A DNA stretch of 64,000 nucleotides from Candidatus Microgenomates bacterium (GTDB taxonomy: Bacteria; Patescibacteriota; Microgenomatia; UBA8517): positions 220,491-284,490 of the forward strand of contig JBEKQV010000001.1 in NCBI GenBank assembly GCA_049519355.1. Direction: 5' to 3'. Shown piece after piece: positions 48,394 through 58,033 of this stretch. The notes under the pieces were generated by a model, which saw only the letters and a program-made list of their open reading frames with translations, was not told the origin of the DNA and made no database searches. The translations under genes were made by a program, and so were the position numbers. How positions within the stretch are numbered: position 1 is the first letter of the stretch; each line of letters opens with the position of its first letter.

Positions 48394-51027
48394 TTACCAG
48401 GAAAAACTTGAGAACAAATCCTGGGTCAAGGTTGTATTATAAAGGTAACTGCCGTCCTGGGTCAAGCTAAACCTCGGGTCTGTGTTTGAAGTAACACCAG
48501 GTAGCTTGATATTTAGTGTAACAGGGACGTCCCCAACACCCGCCTGTTTCCGAAGATACAAACCGTATGAGGTTACAGGAGAGTTCGCTTGTAACTGCGA
48601 TTTCCACTCAAAGGCGATGCTTTTTTCGTCGCCTTCCAAAACCGTAACCCAAACACCAATTTCCTTTATACCGTTTTCCTCAGTGACATCCACAGGAAGA
48701 CTCTCCTGGTCTTGACCGGAAATACTTTCAGCGCCAATCGCGGTTGCGTCGTCGGGAACTATAACTCTTATATAGTCTTTGTAGATACCGGATGGACCAA
48801 ATCCCACATTTGCCGTGTTCTTAAGGTTTAACTCCAGGGTTCTGTCGATTTCATAAGAACCTACGTTCACGGAGAGAGTCATGCTTCTCTGAATAAAATA
48901 GTCCGCCTTATTCACCCCGAGATTGGCTTCAACTAACCCCGCCAGGTCGGCGTAGCATGTTTGTCCGCAAGACGGGGTGTTAACAGAGCCGTCCCACCCC
49001 AGTAAATTAAGAGCGTTCTGGGACTCGGTGTCGTGTAAAAATGCTTGCACATGCCGTCCTTCAAGTGCCGTATAAAACACCTGTAAAACCGACATCTTTT
49101 GTTGAGAATCTAATTTACCCAGTTCTCCCAAAAGAGTTTGAGAAAGTCCCGTCAAAAAACTTGCCTTCTGATGTGTTCCCGGAAAGAAATTGTCTTGAAC
49201 TTCGGCCTGTGTTTCTTCATAAAGATTGTCCGTGGAGATATCAAGGTCGTAGTCCGACAGAAAAACTGGACCCGTATATTTTAAGATTTCCTTTATTGGC
49301 TCCAGGTCGATGGCCACCACTCCGTCTACTTGTTTTCCTATCTCTTTATCTAAAAACCATTCCGCCCTTTGCGCTGATGTCGGAAAATCCGGATCCCAGT
49401 TTGAATCCCTCAACCACCAATTGGCCTCTCCAAGATAATTCTTAATAGGTGCGGGTGGTTCAACATGACCATTGAGTTGTCCGTCTGCAGAATATACATC
49501 GTTTACGGTTAAGTCAGATAGTCTGCCGCTGTCGAACGTAAGAAGACCGTACGAACCGATAAAACCACCCGTGGGTCTTAATTCCATATTGTTTTCAAAA
49601 AGCACTAAGTAAGTTTTGCTTTGGTTTTCACCCAGAATCTCCGGAACCCTACTTGCAAGGATCTTTCCCTGGGAAACAAGGTTTTTGTATTTTTCAAAAT
49701 CAACCCGTGATAAAACGTTCTTTGCCAAGACAACGTTTTCGGAAGCCGCTATTTGGGTTGTTTTTTGAAGAAGAAGAATGTTGTCGTAAAGATTTGACAG
49801 GTTAGTCCCCAAACTTAAAGAAACTGCCGTGGGGTCGTAGGCCTGGTCTCCCAACATATTATTAAAAAGCGATGTTGTGTTTCTAACAACAGGAACCGCG
49901 TTTTCGGCGGCTAATGATAAATCTTTGGAAAGACTGGCACCATAATCCGTTTCTTTATAAAGACGTCCGACAACCGGAATATAACTTAAAACCTTACTTT
50001 CTTCACCTCCTGTAACCACAATTGTCTCAGCGATTAAAATTGTATTCCTTGCAACATCGTCTTTGCCGGAAAGAAACTCTTTGTAAGCCACAAACGACAT
50101 GCCGGCAAAAATCGAAAGGGTAAGGAAGGGAAAAATTAAAACTAAAAGTAAAAGCAAAACTGCTGTTTTTATCCTTCTGGAAACCCTCACGTTAAACCTG
50201 TGTACCGGCATCTTTGACCTTTTCAAAATTTTTCCGGAATTAACATATTTGTGCCAATTCTGACTAAGCCACCCATACGTTTCCGATAATGAAAATGCTG
50301 GGTCACGGTTAAGCCGCTGTATCTCAATCCCCCTCGGCAGCACCCGGTTTTCCATAGATTTGTCAATCTTCATGGAAATTTCACCTACAAGTCTCTTATT
50401 CTTTTCAAAGAATGTGGTTTCCGACATATCGGGACCAATTAGAAGAAGTTCTTTGCCGTATGGCCCAAAAGAAAACAACCACTTAATTAACAACCTAACC
50501 GCGTCGGGAGCAAACACAGGATAAAATATCTCTCCGACTCCCAAGGTCAAACTCCTCTTACCAACAATCTCTGAAATACAAGTTGGTAAAAATAAATCAC
50601 TTTGCAGATCTAGTCTGGGTCCAAGCAAATCCCCCACATAAATTACGGCGGAGTTATCATTTATTTTGATTTTGGCGGCATTTTTGACGTCGTAAATTTC
50701 AAATGGAAAAAGAACTAATGTCTTTGCCCTCTGCAAATTTACCGATAAAGAAAATTTTTCGTATTCTTGGTAGGCATTAGCCTTATTCAAAAAACCTCCG
50801 CAAAAAATTGTGTAATCATAAATTTGTTCAGAGTTAAAATTTTTCCGTGAAGTTATCCCAAATCTGTTTTTCACCGGAAGGCGTGAGGTGTTTTCTTCCC
50901 AGCCCTCTGTGTCGTCAGATATAATATTTACCAAACAGTTTTTGGAAAGTAAATTTTCCAAAATATTCAACGCAAAGAAATTGGCATCGGAAAAAAGACA
51001 GATAAATAGTTTACCCTCGGAGTTCAT
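48394..51027 (-). CDS. DUF4012-family protein with degenerate SDR/epimerase-like N-terminal region
   Basis: YLVLFENNMELRPTGGFIGS, RDSNWDPDFPTSA, VDGVVAID and NLGVNKAD after a central TM. Confidence 0.85.
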   Translation of the reverse strand: MNSEGKLFICLFSDANFFALNILENLLSKNCLVNIISDDTEGWEENTSRLPVKNRFGITSRKNFNSEQIYDYTIFCGGFLNKANAYQEYEKFSLSVNLQRAKTLVLFPFEIYDVKNAAKIKINDNSAVIYVGDLLGPRLDLQSDLFLPTCISEIVGKRSLTLGVGEIFYPVFAPDAVRLLIKWLFSFGPYGKELLLIGPDMSETTFFEKNKRLVGEISMKIDKSMENRVLPRGIEIQRLNRDPAFSLSETYGWLSQNWHKYVNSGKILKRSKMPVHRFNVRVSRRIKTAVLLLLLVLIFPFLTLSIFAGMSFVAYKEFLSGKDDVARNTILIAETIVVTGGEESKVLSYIPVVGRLYKETDYGASLSKDLSLAAENAVPVVRNTTSLFNNMLGDQAYDPTAVSLSLGTNLSNLYDNILLLQKTTQIAASENVVLAKNVLSRVDFEKYKNLVSQGKILASRVPEILGENQSKTYLVLFENNMELRPTGGFIGSYGLLTFDSGRLSDLTVNDVYSADGQLNGHVEPPAPIKNYLGEANWWLRDSNWDPDFPTSAQRAEWFLDKEIGKQVDGVVAIDLEPIKEILKYTGPVFLSDYDLDISTDNLYEETQAEVQDNFFPGTHQKASFLTGLSQTLLGELGKLDSQQKMSVLQVFYTALEGRHVQAFLHDTESQNALNLLGWDGSVNTPSCGQTCYADLAGLVEANLGVNKADYFIQRSMTLSVNVGSYEIDRTLELNLKNTANVGFGPSGIYKDYIRVIVPDDATAIGAESISGQDQESLPVDVTEENGIKEIGVWVTVLEGDEKSIAFEWKSQLQANSPVTSYGLYLRKQAGVGDVPVTLNIKLPGVTSNTDPRFSLTQDGSYLYNTTLTQDLFSSFSW

Positions 51028-51122
51028 ATGGCGTAAATATTCCCCGCAAAAATAAATCTTTCAAATCTCGTCTAAATCCTAACTGCAACGTGAAATTTTC
51101 ACAGAAAAATTCCCGAAACACA

Positions 51123-51545
51123 TTAGTGGTTTTTGTCGAGTTCCTCATTAACCAATGCATCTGCAATTTTATTCTTGCCCCTTAGAACATGATTAAAAAC
51201 AATCTTTCTTTCCAAACTTCTTACTAATCCCATTACTTGAAGATTTAGACCGGCAAGAACTCTATTTTTAATTTTGTATACTCCGGTCAACTGCCTGACA
51301 ACTAACTCCGAGTCCAAAAAGAATGTTATGTCTTGACCTGAAAATTTTTCTTTGTTCTTATTAATCCATTCAAGAGCAAGAATCACTCCCTGGTACTCCG
51401 CAAAATTATTTGTTTTTATACCCAGATGTTTTGAAAGTTTAAAAAGTTCCGTCCCGTTTATTTCGGCGACAAAAGCGCAGGCGGCCGGCCCGGGATTTCC
51501 TCTTGCTCCCCCATCAGTATGAATTAAAAGTTCGCTTTGTTTCAT
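51123..51545 (-). CDS. rnhA: Ribonuclease HI family protein
   Basis: TDGGARGNPGPA, TNNFAEY, DSELVV and NKIADAL. Start at MKQS. Confidence 0.93.
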   Translation of the reverse strand: MKQSELLIHTDGGARGNPGPAACAFVAEINGTELFKLSKHLGIKTNNFAEYQGVILALEWINKNKEKFSGQDITFFLDSELVVRQLTGVYKIKNRVLAGLNLQVMGLVRSLERKIVFNHVLRGKNKIADALVNEELDKNH

Positions 51546-51565
51546 GGAACCAGTGTACCACAAAA

Positions 51566-52822
51566 TCAACTTTTGGCACTGAAGGAATTACCGGCAAGAA
51601 ACGCCAAAAGAAGGCTGTTTTGCTGAAGCGTTAACCAGTAATGATCAAAAAGCCCCGTGACCATTATAAAAAGGATGGCCAAAAAAAGTCCCGTTCGTTC
51701 ATGAATAAGTGCCCCGTTAATCATTTTGGAAAAAAGAATATACAAAAGCAAAACCCCACCAATTCCGGCTTCGCTCATCGCCAGTAAATAGATGTTATGA
51801 ACCGGTTGTAAAAGCCAAAGGTGAGAATTGGTAACTATTCCTTCCGCCTCGTTTATAACAAATGTATTTAAACCTGTGCCAATAAAAAACCTGCTAGAAA
51901 TTACGTTACCGGAAATCACAGCCAAATCTAAACGCTGACCTATGCTTTGATTAAAGTTGATCTGTAAAGAAAGCAAGTATTTGGAAATACCGGGAAGAAA
52001 CAGACTTAAAACAAAAAACAAAAGAACCAACACCGAAACCATATTCTTCCCTGCCGTCAGTTTGGTCATTATCAAATACAAGACCAAGCAGAAAACCGCT
52101 GCCACAAAAGCAGCAAGTGAAAACGTCAGGATAAGCGCCGCTAAGATAATTAGAAGCCCTATTGTTTTTACGGAAAACACTTTTTTAATATATACGCCGG
52201 ACAACATAAGAGTCCCGACCGCCAAAAAACCCGCCAAAGCATTAGGATGTGGAAGAGTAGAATATGCGCGCAAAAAAATTCTTCCTCCTATACTTATAAG
52301 TGCAATTCCCGGAGTTGAAAGATTAAAACTCCGCTCACCCAGATAATACATTATGCCACCGATTGTTTTACCCTCAAGAAACTGTACGACGCCGATTATC
52401 GAAAAGATTGTTAGGGAGAGAAAAAGAGACGTTTGAGCTGAACCGGACCCAAAAACCTCGCGTCTGACCCAAACGTAAAAAGCAAATAAACCAAACTCGG
52501 TCACTTTCGCCCATTCGTAAAGGGTTGGGAGGGGTGAAATGGAAAAAAAGATATTGGTAGAGGCAAACACAAGAAAAAAACCTATGTAAACCGCGTTCTT
52601 CTTTATCCAGGTCCAAAGCCTACTGCGTGTTTTTATTGCCCAAGGTACAAAAAGCAAAAAAAACAAGACATCCGTGGCGTAAATAGTGGGAGCCAGATAG
52701 TTTACCCTTATTCCGAAAACAAACGCAAACGGCGGCCAAAAATGCAATGCAAGTTGTGTAGGAAGCAAAAAAATCAGAAGGTAATTGAGAAACCTTTCTG
52801 CCTTAATGTAGCGGTCAATCAC
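51566..52822 (-). CDS. O-antigen ligase/WaaL-like membrane protein
   Basis: RAYSTLPHPNALAG, GTGLNTF, PVHNIYLL...EAG and FDHY. Confidence 0.87.
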   Translation of the reverse strand: MIDRYIKAERFLNYLLIFLLPTQLALHFWPPFAFVFGIRVNYLAPTIYATDVLFFLLFVPWAIKTRSRLWTWIKKNAVYIGFFLVFASTNIFFSISPLPTLYEWAKVTEFGLFAFYVWVRREVFGSGSAQTSLFLSLTIFSIIGVVQFLEGKTIGGIMYYLGERSFNLSTPGIALISIGGRIFLRAYSTLPHPNALAGFLAVGTLMLSGVYIKKVFSVKTIGLLIILAALILTFSLAAFVAAVFCLVLYLIMTKLTAGKNMVSVLVLLFFVLSLFLPGISKYLLSLQINFNQSIGQRLDLAVISGNVISSRFFIGTGLNTFVINEAEGIVTNSHLWLLQPVHNIYLLAMSEAGIGGVLLLYILFSKMINGALIHERTGLFLAILFIMVTGLFDHYWLTLQQNSLLLAFLAGNSFSAKS

Positions 52823-53280
52823 TTTTTCAACTTAACTACCAAATATCTATCCTCACCCTCTCCAACCGATTCCGTAGTTAGATCTTTGTCTTCAGAAAGC
52901 GCAAGATGAATAACCCTTCTTTGCCAGGGCTTAAGGTTGTAAAGACTCTGTGGTTCGCCTGTCTCTTTGGCTCTTTGGGCGGTGGAAACGGCCAGACTGT
53001 TTAGATAGTCTTCTTCTTTTTCACGATAGTCCCCCACGTTCACCACTACCCTATTCCATTCATTTGTTTTTTGTTTAAATAAAATTCCCAAAACCGTTTG
53101 TATGCTCGAAAGAGTTTCCCCTTTTTTGCCTATCAGAAGACCTGTTTCATCCCCTGCTTCAATGTCCACAACATACGCTTCATTTTCTTTGTCGTAGGAA
53201 ACTTCAGCCTTTGCCCGACTGGTTGTCAGGCTCAAAAGTTCGTCAACCAGTTCTTGTAAGATTTTTATTTTATTTTTCAT
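52819..53280 (-). CDS. jag: Jag/KhpB RNA-binding protein (KH plus R3H, no Jag_N)
   Basis: LLIGKKGETL, RRVIH and TESVGEGEDR; follows yidC. Confidence 0.92.
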   Translation of the reverse strand: MKNKIKILQELVDELLSLTTSRAKAEVSYDKENEAYVVDIEAGDETGLLIGKKGETLSSIQTVLGILFKQKTNEWNRVVVNVGDYREKEEDYLNSLAVSTAQRAKETGEPQSLYNLKPWQRRVIHLALSEDKDLTTESVGEGEDRYLVVKLKK

Positions 53281-54110
53281 TTATTTCTTGTAAGTTTTGA
53301 TTTTACCAGATTAATAGCTGGCGTCAAACTTCCCCAACCCGACATTGAAACCTGTTGCCAGACGTTTACTACAGAGAAAACCAGCCAGTAAAGCGCAAGT
53401 CCTGACGGGAATCTCAATCCAAAAATGAGAGTCATAAGGGGAAGTGTATAGGTCATCGAACTCTGCATGGCAACCTGCATATCATCAACCCCCGACTTGG
53501 TCTTTTTGGCTAGTTTTTCCTCTTCGGATATGTAAGGTGTTGTAATTTTTACGGATAGAAACTGTGCGAGTGTAGCCAAAAGAAGGAAAAGACCAGGAAG
53601 CGCAAACGGTATTCCGTGAATATTGAACGTGTCCGGCTTACTTATATCCAAATACAAAAACTTTGTGTTTATTGCCTGGCCCTGTGCAAATTTTAACGGT
53701 GCATATAAAAGAGCATTAAGTTTACCTGAGGCTATATCGGCTCCCGATAACGCTGCCGTAAAAACCTGGAAAAGTGCTATCAGCACCACAAACTGCAAAA
53801 GGTAGGGGATACAGCCGGCGGTGGGATTAATTTTGTTCTGTTTATAAAGCTCCGCCTGAGCCTGTGACAGTCTCATTTTGTCTTTCCCAAACTTCTTCCT
53901 TAACTTTGCAAGTTGGGGTTCCATTTCCCTCATCTTCTTCATAGACTGAAGGTATGGCTTGGTCAGGGGCCGTAAAAGAAAAATTAAAGCAAGGCTGAAC
54001 ACAAGTATCGCAACCCCCAAGTTCTGCCCCAAAAATCTATAAAAAAGAACAAGGCCGTTTGTTAACGGCTGTGTCAGAATTATTGTAAAAATGTTTCCGA
54101 TACTTCCCAT
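53277..54110 (-). CDS. yidC: Membrane protein insertase YidC
   Basis: LRPLT, ELYKQNKINPTAGCIPYLLQ and PSGLALYW. Confidence 0.95.
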   Translation of the reverse strand: MGSIGNIFTIILTQPLTNGLVLFYRFLGQNLGVAILVFSLALIFLLRPLTKPYLQSMKKMREMEPQLAKLRKKFGKDKMRLSQAQAELYKQNKINPTAGCIPYLLQFVVLIALFQVFTAALSGADIASGKLNALLYAPLKFAQGQAINTKFLYLDISKPDTFNIHGIPFALPGLFLLLATLAQFLSVKITTPYISEEEKLAKKTKSGVDDMQVAMQSSMTYTLPLMTLIFGLRFPSGLALYWLVFSVVNVWQQVSMSGWGSLTPAINLVKSKLTRNK

Positions 54111-54117
54111 TTGATGT

Positions 54118-54348
54118 TTATTTTAGCTCAGGAACAGGATCAAACCCCGAACTACCCCAAGGGTGGCATTTCGCCAATCTTTTAAAACCCAGGGTTAAAC
54201 CCGTAATCACTCCGTATTTACCCAAGGCTGTAATTGTATACTCAGAACAGGTTGGTGTAAACCTGCAAGCCCTGCCAAACATTGTCTCAAGAACCGGGGA
54301 AATAAATTTTTTATACGTTTTTAGCCCTGAAATCAAAAGTTTCTTCAT
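54118..54348 (-). CDS. yidD: Membrane protein insertion efficiency factor YidD
   Basis: ISP, CRFTPTCSEY and CHPW...GFDPVP. Confidence 0.96.
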   Translation of the reverse strand: MKKLLISGLKTYKKFISPVLETMFGRACRFTPTCSEYTITALGKYGVITGLTLGFKRLAKCHPWGSSGFDPVPELK

Positions 54349-54689
54349 TTTAGTAAACCACTGTCTTTAAGGGCCACGCGGACCTCTTTCATAACTTCGG
54401 ATGTTGGCACTCTTGCTATTGATGTTTTTGCCAAAAAAACAACATCATAACCGTTTTTCAAATCTATACTAGAAATCCTTACGGCCTCACTCATTGCACG
54501 CTTAAATCTGTTTCTGTCGACAGCGTCTTTTGCAATTTTTGTCGAAACAATAAAAGCAAACTTGCTGGGGGCTTCGTCATTCCTTGAGAAGCGCGCAATT
54601 CCAAAATTTGCGGATTGGTAAACCTTTCCGGCTTTCTGCACGCGATCAAAGTTCTTTACACCGGTAAGTTTAAATTTCTTTGCAAGCAT
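54345..54689 (-). CDS. rnpA: Ribonuclease P protein component
   Basis: FIVSTKIAKDAVDRNRFKR; conserved synteny. Confidence 0.95.
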   Translation of the reverse strand: MLAKKFKLTGVKNFDRVQKAGKVYQSANFGIARFSRNDEAPSKFAFIVSTKIAKDAVDRNRFKRAMSEAVRISSIDLKNGYDVVFLAKTSIARVPTSEVMKEVRVALKDSGLLK

Positions 54690-54700
54690 AAATCAGGAGG

Positions 54701-54841
54701 CTAGACCGAAAGATGTTTTCTTCCTTTTTCTCTCCTTCTTTTCAAAACCCTTCTTCCGTCCTTTGACTGCATCCTCTTTCTAAAGCCGTGAACCCTTGCT
54801 CTTTTTATTTTACTGGGTTGATAAGTTCGTTTAGTACTCAT
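54701..54841 (-). CDS. rpmH: 50S ribosomal protein L34 (below the ORF track cutoff)
   Basis: Manual translation [46 protein letters not shown]. Confidence 0.98.
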   Translation of the reverse strand: MSTKRTYQPSKIKRARVHGFRKRMQSKDGRRVLKRRREKGRKHLSV

Positions 54842-54890
54842 ACGGCTGTAATTATAACAGAACTAATAGCTATACCGCAATAATTGGCCC

Positions 54891-54919
54891 TTGACTGATT
54901 GTGGATAACTTTGTAAATA
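54891..54919 (+). promoter_or_regulatory. dnaA promoter with a perfect DnaA box in its spacer
   Basis: TTGACT-17 nt-TAAATA; TGTGGATAA at 54900-54908. Confidence 0.75.
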
Positions 54920-54928
54920 GTGCAATAC

Positions 54929-56287
54929 ATGGACAACACTCAGGCGTGGAAAGATTCTCTGGAGATTATTAAGGTTTCTGTTTCTCCGGCTATTTTTTCA
55001 ACCTGGTTTTCCCAAACCCATCTTGCCTCGGTTACCGATGCGGGGGAGAGGGTGGTCGCCGAAGTGGGTTGCCCGACCTCCTTTGCCAAGAACACTATTG
55101 AGACAAGGTATTTCGGTCTTGTACAGGATTCTCTATCCAAAGTTCTGGGGAAAAACTGTGACTTAACTTTTATAGTTAAAGGAAACCCTGCAAAACTTGT
55201 GTCCAATCAAGACTCCGCAGCTCCTCTTTTCTCACCGGAAAAAGACGGTGACATGCTTGAGGTCTTACAAAGAGCTCGGCTTAGACCAAGTTTTACATTT
55301 GAAAACTTTGCAGTTTCTTCCTCGAACCAAATGGCCCATGCGGCAGCCGAAGCTGTATCGCAAAGTTTGGGTGACGCTTATAATCCTTTATTTATTTGGG
55401 GTGGGGTGGGGGTCGGAAAAACCCACCTTATGGTTTCTGTCGGTAACTACATTCTCAGAAACAATTCATCAAAGAAGGTCTTTTTTTGTACGGGTGAGGA
55501 TTTTACAAACGACATCGTCGAGGGAATAAGAAACAAAACCACGCAAGCGTTCAGGAATAAGTACAGAAAACTTGATTTGCTTCTAATCGACGATATTCAA
55601 TTTATTGCCGGCAAGGACACTGTCCAGGAAGAATTTTTCCACACATTTAATGCCGTAACCTCAGTCGGCGGACAAATAATCCTAACTTCCGATAGGCCCC
55701 CTTCAGAAATCTCAAAACTTGAGGAGAGACTCAGGAGCCGTTTTGAAGCGGGTTTAATTGTTGATGTAGCTCCGCCGGATTTTGAGCTGCGGTGTGCAAT
55801 AACTCAAATTAAAGCAAAAGAAAAAGGAATCGACCTAACTTCCGAGCAGGCCCAAATGATTGCGGCAAATTCCGAGTCGGCCAGAAAAATTGAAGGTCTT
55901 CTTACCAAACTCTTAACCGAGATCCATGTTAAAAAGGTTCCGATAACAAACGATCTTATTGAATCTTCCTTTGCAAAGAATTTGGAAAACGGGACAAGAA
56001 TCACAAAAAGCACACCCGACGAAGTTACGGAGGTTGTTTCCAAATATTACCAGGTAGGAAAAAGGCTTCTTCTGGGGGAAAGCCGAGCCCGCCCGATTGC
56101 CAGACCCCGACAAGTTCTTATGTATCTCCTTAGAACCCATCTTGGAATTCCGTTGGAAGAAGTGGGAAGGGTAGTGGGGGGGAGAGATCACACTACTGTT
56201 ATGCACGCTGTGGAAAAGATTACAGATTTGGCCATGCGCGATGTGCAAATCCGTGAGGATATTTTGAGGATAAAACAAAGCATTTGA
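54929..56287 (+). CDS. dnaA: Chromosomal replication initiator DnaA
   Basis: YNPLFIWGGVGVGKTHL, LLIDDIQF, QEEFFHTFN, RLRSRF and GRDHTTVMHA. Alternative GTG start at 54920. Confidence 0.99.
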   Translation: MDNTQAWKDSLEIIKVSVSPAIFSTWFSQTHLASVTDAGERVVAEVGCPTSFAKNTIETRYFGLVQDSLSKVLGKNCDLTFIVKGNPAKLVSNQDSAAPLFSPEKDGDMLEVLQRARLRPSFTFENFAVSSSNQMAHAAAEAVSQSLGDAYNPLFIWGGVGVGKTHLMVSVGNYILRNNSSKKVFFCTGEDFTNDIVEGIRNKTTQAFRNKYRKLDLLLIDDIQFIAGKDTVQEEFFHTFNAVTSVGGQIILTSDRPPSEISKLEERLRSRFEAGLIVDVAPPDFELRCAITQIKAKEKGIDLTSEQAQMIAANSESARKIEGLLTKLLTEIHVKKVPITNDLIESSFAKNLENGTRITKSTPDEVTEVVSKYYQVGKRLLLGESRARPIARPRQVLMYLLRTHLGIPLEEVGRVVGGRDHTTVMHAVEKITDLAMRDVQIREDILRIKQSI

Positions 56288-56485
56288 GGACAAGTTTCGC
56301 AAATCAGTATTTATCAACAACCGCTTGAATGTTATCCACAAAATTATTCACATTTATTCACGCTCGTTATGAACACGAAGATGTCCCGAAACCCAAGTTT
56401 AATTTACAATTGTTTTCAACTTATCAACACCGCCTACTACTAGAACTACTAGTTAATATATGATAAGAAGAGAAAGATAAAATCA
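56288..56485. other. Replication origin oriC (DnaA box cluster, DnaA-trios, AT-rich tract)
   Basis: TTATCAACA 56311, TTATCCACA 56332, TTATTCACA 56344, TTATTCACG 56354, TTATGAACA 56367 and TTATCAACA 56421; then CCGCC, TACTACTAGAACTACTAG and an AT-rich run. Confidence 0.92.
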
Positions 56486-57601
56486 ATGAAATTACAAATA
56501 CTTCAGGAGAATTTGGAAAAGGCCGTAAGCATAACATCCCGCTTTGCCAGTGTAAAAGCACAACTTCCCATTTTGGGGAACATTCTTCTTTCAACACAAA
56601 AAAGTAAAATCTACATTTCCTCAACCAATTTGGAGATTTCAGCGTCGGTTCAAGTTGGAGCAAAAATAGACGAGGAAGGAGAAATAAGTATTCCTTCAAA
56701 AGTTATTTCTGAGCTGGTCGCGAACTTGCCCAAAGAGACCATATCTCTAACAGCAGAAAAGGAACAACTGAAAATTTCCGCTTCAGGTTTTTCATCGACC
56801 ATTCTGGGAATGAACTCGTCGGATTTTCCGAAAGTGATCAACTCATTAAGTAAAGAAAAGGCAATAGTTTTTTCTCAGGAAGAGTTGTCTAAGGCTTTGG
56901 GACAGGTTGTTTTTGCCACATCGACCGACGAAACTAGGCCGATTTTGACCGGGGTTCTTTTTTTGTTTGGAAAAAATTCGATATCGCTTGTGGCAACCGA
57001 CGGTTTCAGACTTTCGCGCAAGACGTTTTTGGTTAAAGAGGTTAAAGGAAGTGAAAATAGTGTAGTTATTCCGAAGGGTGTTTTGGGTGAGCTTTTAAGA
57101 ACGGTTTCGGAAAACGGAGAGATTCTTTTCGGGTTACAGGAGAAAGAAAAACAAGTTGTATTCAGTCTTGGAGATGTTGTGTTAACCTCAAGGCTTTTGG
57201 AAGGGGAGTATCCTGATTTTGAGAAAATCATTCCTAAGTCTTCCAACATAAAAATTCTTTTAGATAAAGAGGAATTAACAAGAGCGGTTAAACTCGCCTC
57301 TATTTTTGCAAGAGAATCTGCAAACATAGTTAAATTACAAATACTAAAAGACGAAATTAAAGTTTCCGCCGAAAGTTCCTCTGCAGGAAGTCAGGAGACG
57401 AGCGTTGAGGCAAAGATAGAATCCTCACAAAAAGATTTTGAGATAGCCTTTAATTACAGATTTTTAGAAGACTTTTTGCATTCCGTTCAAGGAGAAGAAG
57501 TAAAAATGGAATTTTCTGGGGTTTCTTCTGCTGGAGTGTTTACGGACACCTCTGACAATTCTTATCTTCATTTAATAATGCCGGTAAAAGTTCAAAGCTG
57601 A
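56486..57601 (+). CDS. dnaN: DNA polymerase III beta clamp
   Basis: PILGNILL, STNLE, RPILTGV, VATDGFRL, RLLEGEYPD and LIMPV. Confidence 0.99.
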   Translation: MKLQILQENLEKAVSITSRFASVKAQLPILGNILLSTQKSKIYISSTNLEISASVQVGAKIDEEGEISIPSKVISELVANLPKETISLTAEKEQLKISASGFSSTILGMNSSDFPKVINSLSKEKAIVFSQEELSKALGQVVFATSTDETRPILTGVLFLFGKNSISLVATDGFRLSRKTFLVKEVKGSENSVVIPKGVLGELLRTVSENGEILFGLQEKEKQVVFSLGDVVLTSRLLEGEYPDFEKIIPKSSNIKILLDKEELTRAVKLASIFARESANIVKLQILKDEIKVSAESSSAGSQETSVEAKIESSQKDFEIAFNYRFLEDFLHSVQGEEVKMEFSGVSSAGVFTDTSDNSYLHLIMPVKVQS

Positions 57602-58014
57602 TTTCCGTTTAAATCAACCACATAATATTTGACGGGTGCCGGAACGCCAATTGCTTGCAAATCGAAAACGGCACCGGCAACAATACTTTTTTCCTGGGTG
57701 GCTGTCGCAGGAACTTTTAACCGGATTCTGAAAGACTGAGTGTTAAAATCGTAGACGGCTTCGTAGTTTGTTGTTTCCAGAGGAAGTTTTGAATACCATG
57801 GGTATTGTGTATTAAGAATCGTTAGAGCCTGACCATACTTGAGATCGTCAGGTAGCGCCGTACTGGTAACCAGGGGTGGAGTTGTTTCTGGAGTGGGGGA
57901 TGGTGTTAGAGAAGCGACCGGCTTCGGTGTGGGGTGTTGCAAGACAACAACCACAAGAATGATGATACAAATTAATGAAACAGCACCGAGCACAATTATA
58001 AGTTTTTTCTTCAT
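57592..58014 (-). CDS. Small bitopic protein, last gene of T4SS-like operon
   Basis: MKKK, one TM, PT linker and a small globular domain. Start moved from 58053. Confidence 0.75.
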   Translation of the reverse strand: MKKKLIIVLGAVSLICIIILVVVVLQHPTPKPVASLTPSPTPETTPPLVTSTALPDDLKYGQALTILNTQYPWYSKLPLETTNYEAVYDFNTQSFRIRLKVPATATQEKSIVAGAVFDLQAIGVPAPVKYYVVDLNGNQL

Positions 58015-58033
58015 ATTTAATTCTACTCCCCCC

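Noticed and set aside
56424-56699. Minus-strand ORFs across oriC/dnaN (also 55913-56341)
   Set aside because: They overlap dnaA, dnaN and the DnaA boxes and have no protein-like features.
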